From an uncultured virus (IMG/VR IMGVR_UViG_3300024999_000098) (Duplodnaviria; Heunggongvirae; Uroviricota; Caudoviricetes), in IMG/VR virus record IMGVR_UViG_3300024999_000098: a stretch of DNA of 64,000 nucleotides. One strand, given 5' to 3'. Below are positions 9,466 to 19,175 of this stretch, piece after piece (position 1 is the stretch's first letter; each line of letters opens with the position of its first letter). Position numbers and translations under genes: made by a program. Below the pieces are notes generated by a model. It did not search any database. It was given only the letters and a program-made list of their open reading frames with translations, and was not told the DNA's origin.

Positions 9466-9866
9466 TTGGATTTGGGCATCCCAGGCCGCCGCAAGGCCCG
9501 CCGCCTGGTAAAGAGAAGAAGGAATATGAGTTTGTGATTGCCGATGGTGAATACGAGATCTCCTGGGCGCGGCTGGACTTTGAGGATGTGAATGGGAAAA
9601 TGTTCACCTTGGATGTTTATGGTGCTGCTCTTTTTGATTCGTATCGCGTGGCTATCAGTGGGAATGACATAATTGCTGATGGCGTTTGGGTGGTTGACGT
9701 TGACACCTCAATCACCAATACCATGAAGCGGTTTCAAGAAAACGGCTGTTGGGCCTTTGACGACCGGATACTCCTTTACAAGGATATTAAAAAGACCTCA
9801 GTCCAGCGGTTCAAAAAGAAGGTTCGTTGTCAGTGTGTGAGGCGGCTCCGGGTTTACCATGGGTAA
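9462..9866 (+). CDS. Hypothetical protein
   Basis: ORF with ATGA overlap and SD. Confidence 0.55.
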   Translation: MIGFGHPRPPQGPPPGKEKKEYEFVIADGEYEISWARLDFEDVNGKMFTLDVYGAALFDSYRVAISGNDIIADGVWVVDVDTSITNTMKRFQENGCWAFDDRILLYKDIKKTSVQRFKKKVRCQCVRRLRVYHG

Positions 9867-10170
9867 GATCCGCGAGTCAGCGAAAGGACAGATGTGCCTG
9901 GTCCGCCTGCCGGGGATCTGAAACTGGAAACCCGAGACGGTCGTCCTGGCACACATGAATGGCGCAGGTATGGCGCTGAAGGAGCATGATTTCCTTGCCG
10001 CCTACTGCTGCTCTACCTGCCATGCGGTGATCGATGGGGCTCCGTCGAGCCTATCGTGGGAAATGGTGCTGAGATACTTCTATGAGGGTATCTTTCGCAC
10101 TCAACAGTCCTTATATTATCAGGGATTGCTCATAATCCAGGGAGAAAAAAATGTCAGAAGAAAAAAGTGA
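9859..10170 (+). pseudogene. DUF1364/YbcO-like nuclease gene with in-frame TGA at codon 21 (pseudogene, error or recoded)
   Basis: MGKIRESAKGQMCLVRLPGI*NWKPETVVLAH...YCCSTCH..ID matches YbcO pattern (..C.VRIPGVCN..PET.VLAH..CS.CH..ID); TGA at 9919-9921. Confidence 0.7.
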
Positions 10171-10891
10171 GATCAAAAGAGAGGAGAGGACGGTGGAGGA
10201 AATCCAGAGGGAAGCCCTGAAGAAACTGGCTGTCCCGTTCCCCGAGTCGGCCATTTCGATGCTGCCAAAACCGACAGCATCCCAGACCGAGGCGGTGAAA
10301 AAGGATTTCAAGGCCGGTATTCGGTGCAAGATCTGCGGTGCATGGCATCACCCGGATGTAATCCATCTCCCCTATGTCGGCCATGCGGCCCTGACGGCCC
10401 GGCTCCTTGAGGTTGACCCGCTGTGGGATTGGAGGCCGATGGCAACCGACGACGCGACTGGCCTGCCGATCTATGACAAGGGGGGTGGCCTGTGGATCTA
10501 CCTGACGATCTGTGGGGTGACCCGCAGGGGTTATGGCCATGCCGGTGGAAAAACCGGTGGCGATGCCATTAAGGAGATCATTGGCGATGCCCTGCGGAAC
10601 GCTGCAATGCGCTTCGGCTGTGCGCTCGATCTGTGGTTCAAGGGTGAGATGCCTCTTAGCACTCTGCCCGAGGCCATCCCCGAGTCCACCAATGACGAGC
10701 CGCCTGATGCCGGGATCAGCCCGTTCATCTCCCCGGAACAGGTGACCATCCTCCGGAACCTACTGAAGGGCAAGGGGAAGACTGAGGAGGCCTTCTGTAA
10801 GCACTTCAAACACGGCGATACTTTGGAAGAGATCCCGGTAGGGCTGTTCTCCCAGGCAGAGACGGTCATTAAGCAGGCCAAAAAGAAGTAA
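10151..10891 (+). CDS. Single-strand annealing protein (Rad52/Sak-like)
   Basis: YVGHAALTARLLEVDPLW..LTICGVTR.G.G..KEIIGDALRNAAMRFG; upstream of exonuclease. Confidence 0.7.
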   Translation: MSEEKSEIKREERTVEEIQREALKKLAVPFPESAISMLPKPTASQTEAVKKDFKAGIRCKICGAWHHPDVIHLPYVGHAALTARLLEVDPLWDWRPMATDDATGLPIYDKGGGLWIYLTICGVTRRGYGHAGGKTGGDAIKEIIGDALRNAAMRFGCALDLWFKGEMPLSTLPEAIPESTNDEPPDAGISPFISPEQVTILRNLLKGKGKTEEAFCKHFKHGDTLEEIPVGLFSQAETVIKQAKKK

Positions 10892-10899
10892 TCAACTTG

Positions 10900-10927
10900 A
10901 GCCCCGGCCCAGAAAGCCGGGGTTTTT
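10900..10927 (+). terminator. Intrinsic terminator
   Basis: GCCCCGGC-CCAGAAA-GCCGGGG-TTTTT. Confidence 0.7.
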
Positions 10928-10942
10928 CTATGGGGAGATCCA

Positions 10943-11551
10943 ATGATCATTATTGACTGTGAGCAAGGAACACCAGACTGGTTTTCTTGTCGCCTTGGAC
11001 GGCCGTCCGCAAGCAGGTTCGCTGAGATCTACACTAATACGGGGAAGGCGAGTCAATCTAAAAACAAGTACCTCTATGAACTGGCAGGGGAGCGGATCTC
11101 GGGCCAGATGGACGTAGGGTATAAGAACGGTTATATGAGTCGCGGTAACGAGATGGAGGAGGAAGCCCGCAGCACCTTTGAGTTTATTGAAGGGGTGGAG
11201 GTCAAAAAGGTCGGCTTCTGTTTGGAAGACGGTGAGCGGTGGGGATGTTCTCCTGATGGGCTTATTATCCCTAATGGTGGTGTCGAAATAAAATGCAAAA
11301 ATCTTGCCCTTCATGTCGAGTGCCTTAAGAGTGACAAGATGCCAACCCAGCACACGGCCCAGGTGCAGGGCGGAATGTTTGTCACTGGTGCTGATCACTG
11401 GTTTTTTGTATCATATTTCCCTGGTGTGAAGATGTTCATTAAGCGGGTTGAGCGAGATGAAAAATATATCGTAGGGCTCAGTAGCGCACTGGTGGAGTTC
11501 TGTGAAGAGCTGGACGCTGTGGAGCGTTTTGTTCGTGGGTATGGCCAGTGA
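10943..11551 (+). CDS. YqaJ/lambda-exonuclease family
   Basis: QGTPDWF..R.G..SAS; SPDGL; EIKC; QVQGGM. Confidence 0.9.
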   Translation: MIIIDCEQGTPDWFSCRLGRPSASRFAEIYTNTGKASQSKNKYLYELAGERISGQMDVGYKNGYMSRGNEMEEEARSTFEFIEGVEVKKVGFCLEDGERWGCSPDGLIIPNGGVEIKCKNLALHVECLKSDKMPTQHTAQVQGGMFVTGADHWFFVSYFPGVKMFIKRVERDEKYIVGLSSALVEFCEELDAVERFVRGYGQ

Positions 11552-12081
11552 TCACGCAGGAGCGGCTTAAGGAGGTGCTTGATTACGATCCAGACACTGG
11601 AATTTTTCGGTGGAGGGTTACCGCTAGTAATAGAGCTGTGGCTGGTTCTACTGCTGGATCTCCAGATGATGATGGCTATCTCAAGATCAGGGTCGATGGA
11701 AGACTTTATCTTGCCCACCGTTTAGCTATCCTCTACACAGACGGTTATCTCCCAGAAAACACGGTTGACCATAAAGATAGAATTCCATGGCACAATTGGC
11801 GATTAAACCTGCGCGAGGCTTCACACCAATGTCAGGTTAGGAATTGTGGGATGAGAAAAGACAATAGGTCTGGCGTTAAAGGGGTTTATTGGGACAAAAC
11901 GACAGGCAGGTGGGCTGCTTATGTTAGGGTTGGTGGTGTAATGAGTAATCTCGGTCGTTTCGATAATCTCCTTGAGGCAGCCTATACCCGCTATGCTGCC
12001 GAACAGTGTCTTGGGTTTCAAGATTGCGATAAAAACTCAAGCGCCAAGAAGTATATCAAAGAGCAAGGAGGAAAAATTTGA
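11548..12081 (+). CDS. HNH-AP2-like endonuclease, copy 3
   Basis: Paralog; VDHKDRIPWHNWRLNLR. Confidence 0.85.
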   Translation: MITQERLKEVLDYDPDTGIFRWRVTASNRAVAGSTAGSPDDDGYLKIRVDGRLYLAHRLAILYTDGYLPENTVDHKDRIPWHNWRLNLREASHQCQVRNCGMRKDNRSGVKGVYWDKTTGRWAAYVRVGGVMSNLGRFDNLLEAAYTRYAAEQCLGFQDCDKNSSAKKYIKEQGGKI

Positions 12082-12965
12082 AAAGATCCACATGGCTCCA
12101 GCTGCTTAAGCTGGAGCATGAATTTGAAAAGCGAGGGGAGGTATTTTCCAGACCAAAAATACAAGATGCAATGAAGGTGTCGGCAGGGCAAGCGAGGCTC
12201 TATGATGCCTTCCTAAAAGCGAAAGAGATCATACGAAGCGAGGACCGGGAGCAGACATTCGATGGCCAGCGGGTTGGGTTGATTGCTGATATCCATATCC
12301 CGTTTCAGGACAACGTCGCCGTCGAAGCGGCCCTTGCTTACCTTGATGAATTCCGTCCGGACACACTGGTCCTCTTGGGTGATGTCATGGACTTTTATAA
12401 GCTATCCAGGTTCATGAAGAAGATCGGCAGGAAGAGCGTCAAGCAGGAGCTGAAGCAGTGCGCTGCCTTCCTGCGGATGCTGCGGGAGCGGTTCCCGAAA
12501 GCCGAGATAATCTACAAGGAGGGTAATCATGAGATGCATATGGAGAGATATATCCTTGAGAATGCCCCTGAGATCGCGGATCTGGTGGATGACCTACTGG
12601 TTTCGAAGCTGTGCCTTCGCGAATTGGATATCGATTACCGTGTCAACTTCTTCTCCATTGGTAAGCTCTGGTATATGCATGGCGACGAGAAGACAGGCGG
12701 TGGAATGGCCGAGTACGTGGCGAACGTGACCTTCCGGCAGACCCTGGATCACACCATCTTTGGTCACCACCACCGGGTGCAGGAGAAGGTCTTTAAGCGG
12801 ATCGACGGATCGACTCTCTGGTGCGGATCTTGTGGCTACCTGGCAGGACCGCTTGAATATGCCCGGCTGAATCAGTGGAGCCAGGGGTTCGCGACCATCG
12901 TCTATCAGGGCAATGGTCACTTCAAGGCCAGGCTCCATAAAATACAGGACGGAATAATCTATTAG
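12078..12965 (+). CDS. Calcineurin-like metallophosphoesterase
   Basis: DIH, GD..D, GNHE, HGD, GHHH motifs. Confidence 0.85.
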   Translation: MKRSTWLQLLKLEHEFEKRGEVFSRPKIQDAMKVSAGQARLYDAFLKAKEIIRSEDREQTFDGQRVGLIADIHIPFQDNVAVEAALAYLDEFRPDTLVLLGDVMDFYKLSRFMKKIGRKSVKQELKQCAAFLRMLRERFPKAEIIYKEGNHEMHMERYILENAPEIADLVDDLLVSKLCLRELDIDYRVNFFSIGKLWYMHGDEKTGGGMAEYVANVTFRQTLDHTIFGHHHRVQEKVFKRIDGSTLWCGSCGYLAGPLEYARLNQWSQGFATIVYQGNGHFKARLHKIQDGIIY

Positions 12966-12979
12966 ATTGTTTTTTATGC

Positions 12980-13007
12980 TTGACTCCCCTGCAAAAAGTG
13001 GTAGAGT
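12980..13007 (+). promoter_or_regulatory. Promoter
   Basis: TTGACT-16-TAGAGT with TGn extension. Confidence 0.5.
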
Positions 13008-13033
13008 AAATGGTAATACAAAAGGAGCCAGCT

Positions 13034-13276
13034 ATGACACGACAAGAATTCCTGCTTTCCACGTTGCGCCGTTTCTGTGACACTCCACTGGAGGTCAAGA
13101 TGCGGAAAACCCACCGACCGGTAACCACAACCCATCACGGGATGTGCATTAAGCTGGTCTTCGGGCCTTCGATGAATTTTGATATCACTATTTCTATCGA
13201 CGGTGATGAACTGGTCACAACGACCGTCCCGTTTATGAAGCGGGCTATCGAAAAAGGCTGGACTATAAAGGAGTGA
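13034..13276 (+). CDS. Hypothetical protein
   Basis: AAGGAG SD, MTRQEF. Confidence 0.55.
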   Translation: MTRQEFLLSTLRRFCDTPLEVKMRKTHRPVTTTHHGMCIKLVFGPSMNFDITISIDGDELVTTTVPFMKRAIEKGWTIKE

Positions 13277-13279
13277 GAT

Positions 13280-14101
13280 ATGGCTGAAGAAAAAGCACTG
13301 GTGGTTTTTGACGAAGATAGAAATGGTGATGTCCTTACTATTAACGGTGTGAAGCTGGACTTCGTCACCGGCACCGGGATTGATCTCTTGATCAAGAGGG
13401 TCCGTGAGGCCGCGATTCTGGTTCCGGACCTCTCCACCGGCAAGTCCCGGCAGGAGATCGCCAGTATGTCCGGCAAGGTTTCCTCTTCGAAGGTGGTCCT
13501 TGAGAAGCTGGGGAAGGGCCTGGTTGATGGCGAGAAGGAGTTGATTGCGGCCCGCCTGAAACGTATTGACGGGATCAATGCCAGCCGTAACAAGATCAAG
13601 ACCGAGCTTGATGCCCTGCGCGACGAGGTCCGGGCTCCGCTGACCCAGTGGGAAAAGGACCAGGCTGCAGAAAAGGCCAGGATAGCCCTGGAGATCCAGA
13701 TCGAGGCCGACCATGCCCAAGCCCTCATCGACAACGAAGTGTTCGACCAGCGCCTAGAATTGACCCAGCGTGAGGCAGCAATCAAGAAGCAGGAGGAAGA
13801 GCTGGCCATCCAACAGAAAGCCCAGCGGTTGGCCCAGGAAATGGTCATCGAAGCGGCCCGTAAGGCCCCGGAGCCATCTGTCAAGGCAGCTGTCGAATAC
13901 GCGGAAACCCTTAAGTGGGAGAAGGAGCCGGATGCCCCCGCCGAACCCAAGGCCCTGGATGAAAACGATCAGGTGCTGAATGATATTCTGCATGACCTCA
14001 AGGCCCTTGGCTTAAGTACCTTCCTGGCGGTGGGTGTTATTGTCGCCCTGGAGCGCGGCGAGATCCGGCACCTGACTATCGATAGAGGTGACGAGTGGTA
14101 G
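13280..14101 (+). CDS. Coiled-coil phage protein
   Basis: PDLSTGKSRQEIAS..KV..SK..L..LRDEVRAPLT.WE pattern; helical, E/K/A-rich. Confidence 0.65.
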   Translation: MAEEKALVVFDEDRNGDVLTINGVKLDFVTGTGIDLLIKRVREAAILVPDLSTGKSRQEIASMSGKVSSSKVVLEKLGKGLVDGEKELIAARLKRIDGINASRNKIKTELDALRDEVRAPLTQWEKDQAAEKARIALEIQIEADHAQALIDNEVFDQRLELTQREAAIKKQEEELAIQQKAQRLAQEMVIEAARKAPEPSVKAAVEYAETLKWEKEPDAPAEPKALDENDQVLNDILHDLKALGLSTFLAVGVIVALERGEIRHLTIDRGDEW

Positions 14102-14221
14102 ACCTCAAGGTCGATGCAATCAAGAAGAAGGTCGCGGCCAAGGCGAGAAGGGATTTCAGCCGGATGTGGCGAGAGGACTGGAAAATGTTGATGCGCTTTT
14201 ATGGTTACAAGGGGAAAGGCA

Positions 14222-14764
14222 ATGATTACAAAACCCGTTTATAGGTACGGCAACCTGGAGGCCGGGCAGTTATCGCGCCTGTGCCGGTCGGAGGATGTGT
14301 ATATCCCATCTTCGGATGATTACACCGACGCACGATACGTACAGCGGTTCATCGACAACTGCCTGTCGTCGCCGTCGATCTGGATTATGGGCCGCGATCC
14401 GCGACATGAGGCCTATATCATGAGCCCGTTGCACAACCTCACGACCTATATCTGTCATGTTGCTGTCCGGAAGGACCGCCGTGGTCCTGAGACGCTGCGG
14501 AGTGCAGCCGCTGCCGGCGCCATGGTATTCCGGAACACGCTCTGTAGGACCGTCCTGGCGTTCATCCCGGTCGAGAACCGGACAGCCCAGTTCTTTACGA
14601 TTCAGCTCGGGTTCCATCGTATCGGCGCTACCATTGGCACGCACAAGAAGGGTGGCGACTTCAGGCCAGAGGTTATCTATGAGCTGACCCTGGATGACTA
14701 CAATAAAAAATGGGGTAAGGAGGTTGGCTATGTCATCTTCGGAAATCGTCCCGGTCGTCGGTAA
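14222..14764 (+). CDS. GNAT-like acetyltransferase
   Basis: HVAVRKDRRG...IPVENRTA....LGF.RIG. Confidence 0.6.
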   Translation: MITKPVYRYGNLEAGQLSRLCRSEDVYIPSSDDYTDARYVQRFIDNCLSSPSIWIMGRDPRHEAYIMSPLHNLTTYICHVAVRKDRRGPETLRSAAAAGAMVFRNTLCRTVLAFIPVENRTAQFFTIQLGFHRIGATIGTHKKGGDFRPEVIYELTLDDYNKKWGKEVGYVIFGNRPGRR

Positions 14765-15158
14765 GGAATACAAGGTCAGTCATAATGGTGCAACTTGGGT
14801 TACGAGGGTTTTTCTTTACAGGAATGTTCTTGGCCTTTATATCTGTCAGACGAACCTTGGTTGGAATAATGGCGATCTGCCCTCCATGTGTAGGCCGTAT
14901 ACCTATATCAAGGAGATCCCTGTGGAAATACCCAAGATGAAAAAGGTGATCATGGTCAAGAAGGCGAACGAGATTATGCAATACCTCCTTCGTGAGGGTT
15001 ATAGGCCTGACGAGAAGGGTTACTGGCATAACGGCATGGCTTGTGCGTTCGCCTCTCCCATGTGGTTTTATTGCGGGAAAGAGAGGCCGTCTTATGAATG
15101 GTCCTGGCTGGACGAATGGCTTTACGCTGAGTGGGTGCCGGTGGAGGAGAGCAAATGA
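14730..15158 (+). CDS. Hypothetical protein (paralog of 16335..16724)
   Basis: AGGAGG SD; shared motifs with 16335..16724. Confidence 0.6.
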   Translation: MSSSEIVPVVGKEYKVSHNGATWVTRVFLYRNVLGLYICQTNLGWNNGDLPSMCRPYTYIKEIPVEIPKMKKVIMVKKANEIMQYLLREGYRPDEKGYWHNGMACAFASPMWFYCGKERPSYEWSWLDEWLYAEWVPVEESK

Positions 15159-15496
15159 GAGTGTATATCGCTTCGCCATACACGCAGGGTGACCAGGCTG
15201 AAAACGTCCGGAAACAGATCCTGGCCGCAGACAATCTGATGACCCTTGGCCATGTCCCGTTCGCGCCGACGCTGTCACACTTCCAGCACATGGTTAGGCC
15301 CCGTCCTTACGAGGACTGGATGAAGTGTTGCCTGGCCTGGGTTGAGGTGTGCGACATTGTCCTTCGCCTGCCGGGATATTCTCCTGGCGCTGACCGCGAG
15401 GCCTTTCATGCGAAGCAGATCGGCATCCCGGTCGTGTATTCGCTCACAGAGCTTGATAAATACGGTGAGGCAATCAAGGAGGCCTATGGCCATTAA
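15155..15496 (+). CDS. DUF4406/DUF1937 nucleoside deoxyribosyltransferase-like
   Basis: VYIASPY..G..PF.P..CD.VLRLPG.S.GA..E...A...GIPV. Confidence 0.7.
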   Translation: MRVYIASPYTQGDQAENVRKQILAADNLMTLGHVPFAPTLSHFQHMVRPRPYEDWMKCCLAWVEVCDIVLRLPGYSPGADREAFHAKQIGIPVVYSLTELDKYGEAIKEAYGH

Positions 15497-15716
15497 GATG
15501 ATCTTGTGGAGCGAGGTTGGCAAAGGACACCGGCACGTAAGGAAAAACCGGGCTATCGTAGAAATCGAAGGCTTTGAGGAATTAGAACTTGACGAAGTCT
15601 TCATTCTTATGGTAAAAGAGGAGTTGCAAAAAGCGTTCGGCACAATTATGAACGACGACCTGATCCATGTTGTGCGGTGCAATAATCCGCCACCTACAAA
15701 AGGAGCCTTGCGATGA
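15486..15716 (+). CDS. Hypothetical protein
   Basis: AGGAGG SD, MAIKMILW. Confidence 0.5.
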   Translation: MAIKMILWSEVGKGHRHVRKNRAIVEIEGFEELELDEVFILMVKEELQKAFGTIMNDDLIHVVRCNNPPPTKGALR

Positions 15717-16147
15717 GAGGTGATTACGAACAAGATCTGAAAGCGATTGTCCTTGACAGGGATTCAGAAGTTGGTAGGTTGAAAAGGGAGCTTGCCGCTG
15801 CCGAGAAGATCCTCTACCGGCTGGCCCGGCTTGCCCGTAACACTGACGGCCTCTTCCCGACAGCGAAGGCAAAGGAGGTTGCCCATGAATTACTGGCGCT
15901 TCGTCGGCTCGACTGTGCCAGGTACGACCGGGAGATTATCGCGACCAAGGAAATAGACCCGGCTGCAGCAGCAAGGGCTCTGGCCAGGCGCGAGATCGAG
16001 CTTATGAAAATGACCTTGATCGGTCCCGGTGGTTTTGGTGAGCGTCGCCAGTTATCACTGCCGTTGTCGGAGCATGGGACAATCGTGGCCCGTGAGCAGA
16101 GCGAAGATCGATGGAAGTGGGACTATATCGCGGGGGAGGCAGAATGA
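15713..16147 (+). CDS. Hypothetical protein
   Basis: ATGA-coupled ORF. Confidence 0.55.
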   Translation: MRGDYEQDLKAIVLDRDSEVGRLKRELAAAEKILYRLARLARNTDGLFPTAKAKEVAHELLALRRLDCARYDREIIATKEIDPAAAARALARREIELMKMTLIGPGGFGERRQLSLPLSEHGTIVAREQSEDRWKWDYIAGEAE

Positions 16148-16338
16148 TACCTGAATGTGTACTGGATTTTCTTTTTAACGTGGTGCTGGTGAATCTGGTG
16201 GGGATCGGGATCGCGGTAGGCACCACAATCGAGGACGGTAGTCATGAGAATTTTCGTGACATGCTGATCAGCCTGCTTTTAACGGTAGTCTTTTGGCCGA
16301 TAGCAATCGGCATGGCCTTAAGGGGGAGACATAAATGA
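16144..16338 (+). CDS. Small membrane protein
   Basis: Two hydrophobic segments, ..FWPI.. Confidence 0.55.
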   Translation: MIPECVLDFLFNVVLVNLVGIGIAVGTTIEDGSHENFRDMLISLLLTVVFWPIAIGMALRGRHK

Positions 16339-16724
16339 TTCTGGGTGACAAGGTGAAGGTGAGTAACACCTCAGAAGAGGATGCTCTTTTGCAGAATGAA
16401 GTTTGGCGCTATCTCTATACTCGGGAGAGTGGGGCGAAGAGGATCGTATGCCAGCCTAATCAGGATTATAAAGACAACACGCTAAAGGGGATCGATGTTT
16501 GGAAATTCTCGGTTATCGTGGTAGGCCCTATCGCGTTCCTGAAGAAGGCATCCGATATCTGTCTCTGGCTTGAGGCTAACGGTTATACCGCGTCGGAAAC
16601 TGGTGTCTGGCGCAATGCCCAGACGGGGGGGCAGTTCGGTCGGGATATCTTCTTCCTGGCTGGCAAGCAAATACCGGAAGCGGATATCCCGCTTTACCCG
16701 GTGGACCTAATCACGTTCGTGTGA
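16335..16724 (+). CDS. Hypothetical protein (paralog of 14730..15158)
   Basis: ATGA-coupled; shared motifs. Confidence 0.6.
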   Translation: MILGDKVKVSNTSEEDALLQNEVWRYLYTRESGAKRIVCQPNQDYKDNTLKGIDVWKFSVIVVGPIAFLKKASDICLWLEANGYTASETGVWRNAQTGGQFGRDIFFLAGKQIPEADIPLYPVDLITFV

Positions 16725-16734
16725 GGAGAGAGAG

Positions 16735-17451
16735 ATGATTACAGTGTCATGGTTTAGCGCTGGTGTGTCTTCTGCTGTGGCAACAAAGCTGATGATTGGG
16801 CGGGTTGACAGAGTTATTTATACTCATATTGATGACCAACATCCCGATACTTTGAGATTTGTTGCTGACTGCGAGGCGTGGTTCGGAAGGCCTATCGAGA
16901 TCCTACAGTCCCCTTACAAGAATGTCGAGAACGCCTGCAGGATGTCTGGTGGTCGTGGTTATATTAACGGGCCGGGCGGCGCGGCCTGTACCAAATTTCT
17001 GAAGCGACGAGTCAGAAAAGAGTGGGAGATGGGCCAGACAGAACAATTAAGGTATGTGTGGGGTATGGATTTCAAAGAGAGGGGTCGCTGTGACCGGATA
17101 AGGGGGGGGATGTCCCAGCAAGAGCACGTTTTTCCACTGGTAGAGCGGGAGTTGAGCAAGGAAGACGCCCACAAGATCCTGAAAGCCAGCGGAATAGTGA
17201 GGCCGAAGATGTACGAGTTGGGATATCGGAACAATAACTGCATTGGCTGTGTGAAAGGAGGCATGGGATATTGGAATCACATCCGTAGGGATTTCCCGGC
17301 AGTATTTGAGGCTCGGGCAAGAATGGAGCGAGTGATTCGGGCCACCTGTATCAAGGGTGTATATCTGGATGAGTTAGATCCAGAAAGGGGGCGCAATGAA
17401 CCTCCAATTATTGGAGATTGTGGTATTTTGTGTGAGTTTTTGGGGCTTTAG
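16735..17451 (+). CDS. PAPS-reductase-like PP-loop protein
   Basis: SWFSAGVSSAVA PP-loop; C...LK; FPL; NNCIGCVK. Confidence 0.7.
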   Translation: MITVSWFSAGVSSAVATKLMIGRVDRVIYTHIDDQHPDTLRFVADCEAWFGRPIEILQSPYKNVENACRMSGGRGYINGPGGAACTKFLKRRVRKEWEMGQTEQLRYVWGMDFKERGRCDRIRGGMSQQEHVFPLVERELSKEDAHKILKASGIVRPKMYELGYRNNNCIGCVKGGMGYWNHIRRDFPAVFEARARMERVIRATCIKGVYLDELDPERGRNEPPIIGDCGILCEFLGL

Positions 17452-17479
17452 TAATATAAGACAAAAAAAGGAGTGAGTT

Positions 17480-17905
17480 ATGATCAATAAAGTAATCTTG
17501 TTGGGAAACCTTGGTGCAGATCCGGAAATCCGTTACACTGCAGGCGGTACTGCAGTCGCAACCCTGCGGGTGGCAACAACCGAGCAGTGGAAGGATAAGG
17601 ACGGCGAGAAAAAAGAGCACACCGAATGGCACCGCGTGATCGTGTGGGGCCGACTCGGTGAGATCTGCGGCGAGATCCTGGAGAAGGGGTCCAAGGTTTA
17701 TATCGAGGGCAAGAACCAGACCCGCGAGTGGACCGACCAGAATGATGTGAAGAAATACACCACAGAGGTCGTCGCCAAGGAGATGAAGGCCCTGTCGCGC
17801 CGGAAGTCTGAAGGCCAGCACAATCCTGGCGGATCTTCCCCGGATGATTCATTCCCCGAACCGCCCCCAGGCATGACTGGCACAGGCGAAGACGTTCCTT
17901 TTTGA
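17480..17905 (+). CDS. ssb: Single-stranded DNA-binding protein
   Basis: [30 protein letters not shown]; acidic tail EDVPF. Confidence 0.95.
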   Translation: MINKVILLGNLGADPEIRYTAGGTAVATLRVATTEQWKDKDGEKKEHTEWHRVIVWGRLGEICGEILEKGSKVYIEGKNQTREWTDQNDVKKYTTEVVAKEMKALSRRKSEGQHNPGGSSPDDSFPEPPPGMTGTGEDVPF

Positions 17906-17934
17906 TGTTACAATAAATCGGTAAGGAGTGGGAT

Positions 17935-18192
17935 ATGATCGAGAGATTGACCGCAAAATGGCATGATGCCCCTGTAAAGGCTGTGCCGGTAACCGATGGA
18001 GAGCTGGTTAGGTATGATGATTATCTTGTCCTCTGGAAAGCCCTTTTCAACATTCATCAGGTCTTGAAATTCGTGACTACGGATCTACAGCTGGAGCCGA
18101 ACGAGAAGGGAATGGTTAAGCGGGCGCTCAAGCGCGGCCAGATAACCTTGGATCTGAGGGAGGGGTCGGATTGTGAAGAACCTGAAGTCTAA
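17935..18192 (+). CDS. Hypothetical protein
   Basis: AAGGAG SD; DGELVRYDDY. Confidence 0.55.
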   Translation: MIERLTAKWHDAPVKAVPVTDGELVRYDDYLVLWKALFNIHQVLKFVTTDLQLEPNEKGMVKRALKRGQITLDLREGSDCEEPEV

Positions 18193-18475
18193 CCTGGGAA
18201 AATTGATGCGTGCGCGGGCAGATCATGATAAACTGCCAACTGATCATCTTCTCCGCACACTGGCTGATCGTTTTGACCTTGACCTATGTCGATATATGGA
18301 CCAGCAAGGAAAATGCACTGCTGGGCAATTTTTAGCCTCCTGGGCGAAAGCGAGAAAGGCTTGGTGTGCATATTCTGGCGAGGTTATAGTGGATGTCATG
18401 GCCAGGGATCTCAGTATGAAGATGTGCGATCTTTTTGTAGTGGAACAGGAGGTGAAGTTTGAAGGTAAAAAATAA
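18173..18475 (+). CDS. Hypothetical protein
   Basis: GGAGG SD, GTG start. Confidence 0.5.
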   Translation: MKNLKSNLGKLMRARADHDKLPTDHLLRTLADRFDLDLCRYMDQQGKCTAGQFLASWAKARKAWCAYSGEVIVDVMARDLSMKMCDLFVVEQEVKFEGKK

Positions 18476-18652
18476 ACCTCCCAAGCCGATGATGGGGGCA
18501 GCGCCTGAACCAGATCGGATTTGTTGTTGGTGGTGCCGCCAGCGCAGCCAGATGGTGGGTAAGGATTTACCAGCGGGCTGGCGCTATATTGAGATGGTGA
18601 ATCCAGATTTTCCTGGAGAGCACGCACGGTATTTTTCCTGCGGAGGTGAGAA

Positions 18653-19030
18653 GTGCGGACAGTAGGAAGTGAGATCAGCGCCTGTAAGCAGGTGATCGAG
18701 TTGTGGACCCTGATCAGGGATCTCGATGTCCTGGGTGCGTACCGTAGATTTGAGCTGAAGACTCACGCCTGCGGTATGCTTGGCATGGAACATTATATTG
18801 CCCGCTGCCCATGCTGCGAATTCGACACAAAGGACTGTGAGAGATGTCCGATGGGCGGGTTCTGGCGCGGTGATGGAATAGCCGATGGCGAGTGCATAGG
18901 TGGTATTTTCGGGGTTTGGCAAAGAGCCAGAGGCCATTATGAGAGGGTGGCTGCTGCTGAGGAATTGGTAGAAGCCGCAAGAGAGGCGCTGGCCTATTGG
19001 CAGGCCATGCGCGAAATGAACCAACAGTAG
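18653..19030 (+). CDS. Cys-rich hypothetical protein
   Basis: CPCCE..DCERCP; GGAGG SD. Confidence 0.55.
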   Translation: MRTVGSEISACKQVIELWTLIRDLDVLGAYRRFELKTHACGMLGMEHYIARCPCCEFDTKDCERCPMGGFWRGDGIADGECIGGIFGVWQRARGHYERVAAAEELVEAAREALAYWQAMREMNQQ

Positions 19031-19175
19031 GAGGGTGTATGACGCGGGACGAATTGCTGGAGATCTTGGAGCAGGTAGCAGATGGTGATCTTGATCCGGA
19101 TGAAGCTGTTGACGAGATCTGTGATGGGTGTGATTGTATTGAGTAGGCTGTAAGCAGGAAGTAGTATAGCAGAAG

